Below are positions 60,428 through 64,000 of a DNA stretch of 64,000 nt, piece by piece (position 1 is the stretch's first letter; every line of letters starts with the position of its first letter). The DNA lies in NCBI GenBank assembly GCA_963716395.1, contig OY970309.1, forward strand, positions 2,144,001 to 2,208,000, given 5' to 3'. This DNA comes from an uncultured Fibrobacteria bacterium. GTDB taxonomy: Bacteria > Fibrobacterota > Fibrobacteria > UBA11236. Below the pieces are notes generated by a model. That model saw nothing but the letters and a program-made list of their open reading frames with translations. It was not told the origin of the DNA and did no database searches. A program made the translations under genes and the position numbers.

Positions 60428-62269
60428 ATGTCCCTGCTCCTGCGCCGGCGGCTCGTCGCCACTCTCTTGAACCTGGCGACGGTTTTGGTGGTGGGGATCA
60501 ATCTCGTTCCCATTGCCTGGATGATCTATTGCAGCTTCAAAGACAATAACGAAATCCTTTCCGGCAAGGTTCTGCCGGGCCGGCGCGACTACACCGTGGT
60601 CTTTCTTTCCCGGCACGCAGGCGATATTTTAATCGGCGCCTCCGACGGCAGCCTGACGTTGGCCGATACCATCGACCTTTCCACCGTTCGGGAGAAGCGT
60701 CTGGGGACCTTCTCCACCCATTATCTCAGGGATGGGGAAACCCTGTGGGTGCTCAGCGCCAACAAAGGCTTGTTGGAATTGGATTGGAAAACCCTGTCGC
60801 TGCGCCATCGCTATTCCGTGGGCGATATGGCCTCGGCTTATGGACCCGGATGGAAAACCCTGTGGGTGAATGACGTGGCGTCATCGAGCCTCGCCCGCAG
60901 CGGGGATAAGCTGTACTTCGGCTACCAGAACGCCAATTTTCCCGGGTTGGCGTACTTGGATTTAACCTCGCGCAAATTGGGGTTCGTCCGCGGTTTTTCC
61001 ACCGCGGAGAACGGCCGGCTCCGTGAACTGCAATCGTTGCGCAATGGAAATCTCGCGGTGCTGACCGACCAGGGACTGTGGATCGGGAACGGAACCGATT
61101 TTCACTCCGCCTGCGGGCACTGCGCCACATGGCCGGAAACCTTCGATCACCTCGTCGCGGCGGATTCGCTGCTGATCTTGGATCGTTCCGGGTCGCTGTA
61201 TTTTTACCATCCCCAACAGGATTCGGCCTTCGTGTACAGTACGCCGAATGCATCCGGCGCGGCCAATGCGTTCGCGCTGCCTTCCCATTTCTCGACCCTG
61301 CTCTGGCAAGGGTCGGACTTGTGGGCCGGATATGCGCAGGGGGCCATGCGCATTCCGCAGTCCTGGTTCTCCGGAGACACGACGCAGCCGCCGTGGGTTT
61401 CGGTTCCCGCGCAAAGCCCCGGCTACGAGGGGAACGGCGAGGTGGCGGGCATGGAAGTGACCTCCATTCTTCCTTTGACCCGCGGCGGCTTTCTGTTCGG
61501 CGGCCGCAAGGGAACGCTCTCACGCGAGTCTTTGGGCCGGTTGATCCACGTCAAAACGCCGCCATCTCCCTGGTATTTCCGCTGGCGCAATTACGTGGAT
61601 CTGTGGCGCAACATCGACTTCGGGTTGTACTTGAAAAACAGCCTGATCGTCTGCGGTACGGTCATGCTGTTCGCGGTCATCTTCGCCTCCATGGGCGGTT
61701 ATGCGCTCGCGCGCTACGAGTTCCCGGGAAAAAACTCCTTCAGCATGTCGGTATTGGCGACGCAAATGGTGCCGGGAATTCTATTGCTGCTGCCGATTTA
61801 TCTCATGTTCGTGCAAATCTCCAAAGTGACGGGATTCCAATTAAAAGGTTCGTATACCGGTCTCATTTTCACCTATACGGCGTATTTCGTCCCCTTCTCT
61901 ATTTGGATCTTGCGCGGCTTTTTCGCTTCTTTGCCCAAAGAGCTGGAGGAGGCGGCCCTCATCGACGGGTGCGGTCCTCTGCGCGCCTTTTTCACCATCA
62001 TCGTCCCCTCCGCCTGGCCGGGGATCATCGCCACCGGCATCACGGTTTTTCTTTCCTGCTGGGACGAATTGATGTTCGCCTGGGTCTTGACCAATGAAAC
62101 CACGGCCACCTTGCCGGTCGGTATTCGGCTGTTCGTGGGGAACTATCAAAATCGTTTCGATTTGATGATGGCCGCGGCCACCATTTCCACCTTGCCCCCC
62201 ATGATTCTCTTCTTCCTCATGCAAAAACAAATCGTCGCGGGGCTCACCGCCGGCGCCGTCAAAGATTAG
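60428..62269 (+). CDS. Carbohydrate ABC permease (MalG-like) with a large extracytoplasmic insertion
   Basis: TM1 plus SFK, about 330-aa beta-rich insert, then NY..NS, GYALAR, LEEAALIDG, GLTAGAVK. Confidence 0.9.
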   Translation: MSLLLRRRLVATLLNLATVLVVGINLVPIAWMIYCSFKDNNEILSGKVLPGRRDYTVVFLSRHAGDILIGASDGSLTLADTIDLSTVREKRLGTFSTHYLRDGETLWVLSANKGLLELDWKTLSLRHRYSVGDMASAYGPGWKTLWVNDVASSSLARSGDKLYFGYQNANFPGLAYLDLTSRKLGFVRGFSTAENGRLRELQSLRNGNLAVLTDQGLWIGNGTDFHSACGHCATWPETFDHLVAADSLLILDRSGSLYFYHPQQDSAFVYSTPNASGAANAFALPSHFSTLLWQGSDLWAGYAQGAMRIPQSWFSGDTTQPPWVSVPAQSPGYEGNGEVAGMEVTSILPLTRGGFLFGGRKGTLSRESLGRLIHVKTPPSPWYFRWRNYVDLWRNIDFGLYLKNSLIVCGTVMLFAVIFASMGGYALARYEFPGKNSFSMSVLATQMVPGILLLLPIYLMFVQISKVTGFQLKGSYTGLIFTYTAYFVPFSIWILRGFFASLPKELEEAALIDGCGPLRAFFTIIVPSAWPGIIATGITVFLSCWDELMFAWVLTNETTATLPVGIRLFVGNYQNRFDLMMAAATISTLPPMILFFLMQKQIVAGLTAGAVKD

Positions 62270-62391
62270 AGGCGTTCGGCCATCACGGCCTCGCCGTGAA
62301 CGCGTCGTGAACGAAGAGCCGCTTCGCCGGTTCGGATCCGGCGCGAAACCGCCGGTCCCGGAGCGCGCGTCAGGTGAAGATAACGGCCTAT

Positions 62392-62413
62392 TCCGCCGTC
62401 GGCGGATCTTTTT
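62392..62413 (+). terminator. Intrinsic terminator after the ABC operon
   Basis: TCCGCC-gtc-GGCGGA followed by TCTTTTT. Confidence 0.55.
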
Positions 62414-62567
62414 GGTGGGGCGGGCTTTAGTAGAAAAAGGCAACGCCATGCGGCGCATTTTCAGGCAGAGGCGGACGAAGCCGGAAGCAGGTGCAGGTTT
62501 GCCCGGTCAGGTGCGAGCACAGCCGGGTCACCGAAAAGATTAAACGACGAAGTCCGCCGCCCGCGCC

Positions 62568-64000
62568 CTATCGCCGCACAAATCCGAAAGACAAGACTTT
62601 AACGACGGATACCGGGCTCTGGCCCAAGTTTGCATTCAGGGTCGTGGCATCCAGGGCGATGCGGGCCAAGTAAGCGCCGGTTCCCGCCAACTGTCCGGTT
62701 TGCGAGCGACCGTTCCAGACGATTTTGATCTGGTAGGTTCCGTCGGACCTCCGGAGAAAATCTCCGGCTCCCGGAATAGGCGCGTCGTTATTATCTACGC
62801 CCAATTGGGCCGCGGTGATATTGCCGGAAAAGACATTTACGAATTCGGCCAGATTGGTATACAGCGTAATTTTGTAATTGACCGGACGATCGATATTCAA
62901 GGTCAGGGTCGGAATTTGGAATTTGCCCGAAGTGTCGGTGGTAATCGACGAGCCGCAATTCAAACCCGAGCAGTCGTAGGCGATATGGTTATTGCTGCCC
63001 TGGATGGGCAGCCAGTTCGTCCCGTCCTTGGTTCCCATGACGACGAAGTCGGTTTGCGAATTTCCCAGCGTTTGGAAAAACGGCTTGTCCGGCGAGACCA
63101 CCAAGGTGGGTGGCCGCGGAACCGGATGAAAGCCCAAAACCACCGGGCGGTTCAACGGATTGGGAAGATTGCCATAGACATCGCTGATGGGCCCCTGCGC
63201 ATTCAGCTTCAGCGAATCTCCCGATACGGGTGACTGGCTTCCCAAGTCTTCCACCACCACCTTATACCCGCCCGACGCGGTATCCACCGACCGAATGGAG
63301 AAGGGAATGGAATCCCGCGTTCCCTGTTTAATCAACACCAGGGAAGCGCCCGACAAAGAGGATTGGGGAATCGCTTCGCTGAAGAACACCAGCAAAGTAT
63401 CGGGCCCGCTGCCGTACTTTTCCCACACGATGGCGCTGTCCACCAGCGGGCCGACGGAATCGGCCAGGATCAGGGGAGAGGATTGCTCCGGCGCGCCGGC
63501 CACGGCCACATGGGTGTACAACACTCCCGGAGAAGTCGCTGAGTTGGAAGCGGTGATGCCCGCCGGAAAGGGGTTGGACAGGAGAACCGTGACGTGTTTC
63601 AAATTGGTTGCGTCAAGGGTGATGCCGCTGGACACATGCCGGGGCGTAGCGGTGCTGTCGGGCCAATAGAGCAGGACCGAATCCGGCGCCACCGCCAAGG
63701 GATTGACGAGGTAAATATCCGCGCGGTTGACGCTTCCGGTTCCGTCGTCGGCGAAATAGGCCGCCGACTGTACGGCCAAGGGCGGCGGCGGCAGAATAAG
63801 GAGCTTCAATACCACCGGCCGATTCAAGGCATTCGCCTTATTGGTGTAGAGATCGGTGAGCGGACCGGCCGGATTTATTTGCAAAGAATCGCCCGGCAAG
63901 GGTACGTCGGTTCCGCCGCTGGTCACGGTGACACGGAAATCAAGCCCGGTCGTGTCGAGCGCCGTGGCCTGGGTGACGGTCAAGGGAACGGGAGTCGCGT
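62568..64000 (-). CDS. C-terminal part of a large secreted fibro-slime-type repeat protein (truncated by the window edge)
   Basis: Frame open to 64000; repeats GDSL..N..GP..D.Y.N..N.LNRPVVL; tail WNGRSQTGQLAGTGAY similar to the GH9 tail. The fibro-slime domain itself is not visible. Confidence 0.7.
   Translation of the reverse strand, partial: ATPVPLTVTQATALDTTGLDFRVTVTSGGTDVPLPGDSLQINPAGPLTDLYTNKANALNRPVVLKLLILPPPPLAVQSAAYFADDGTGSVNRADIYLVNPLAVAPDSVLLYWPDSTATPRHVSSGITLDATNLKHVTVLLSNPFPAGITASNSATSPGVLYTHVAVAGAPEQSSPLILADSVGPLVDSAIVWEKYGSGPDTLLVFFSEAIPQSSLSGASLVLIKQGTRDSIPFSIRSVDTASGGYKVVVEDLGSQSPVSGDSLKLNAQGPISDVYGNLPNPLNRPVVLGFHPVPRPPTLVVSPDKPFFQTLGNSQTDFVVMGTKDGTNWLPIQGSNNHIAYDCSGLNCGSSITTDTSGKFQIPTLTLNIDRPVNYKITLYTNLAEFVNVFSGNITAAQLGVDNNDAPIPGAGDFLRRSDGTYQIKIVWNGRSQTGQLAGTGAYLARIALDATTLNANLGQSPVSVVKVLSFGFVRR

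Overview
GC-rich bacterial chromosome segment, most likely from a flagellated member of the Fibrobacterota (inferred from Fibrobacter-type C-terminal tails, a CelF/Cel51A-like CBM-CBM-CBM-GH enzyme and fibro-slime-type repeats). The left part (1-28 kb) is housekeeping and signalling: fliJ, an orphan GH108 muramidase-holin pair, ArsC/Spx, an SPL-like radical SAM enzyme, a stand-alone Cys-free rpsD, a co-oriented run mfd-PPIase-surA-methyltransferase-ftsE-aroA-dacB/DUF1460-fur, a GH63 glucosidase with an SDR, a three-gene kinase/HD-GYP/EAL cluster and a sigma28-driven divergent flagellin. The middle (28-41 kb) is accessory: flippase, GT4s, secreted enzymes, two AT-rich ORFans and a MITE. The right part (41-64 kb) is a compact candidate cellulose/beta-glucan utilisation locus with no SusC/SusD. 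It holds a giant modular GH9, a cytoplasmic GH1, two tandem paralogous outer-membrane barrels of unknown family, a CBM-bearing GH51-like lipoprotein, a GH10, and a divergent sugar ABC importer whose second permease has a ~330-aa extracytoplasmic insertion and whose binding protein is frameshifted. A truncated fibro-slime-type protein ends the window. No rRNA, tRNA, CRISPR array or transposase was seen. All family calls come from motif recognition by eye, not from database searches.
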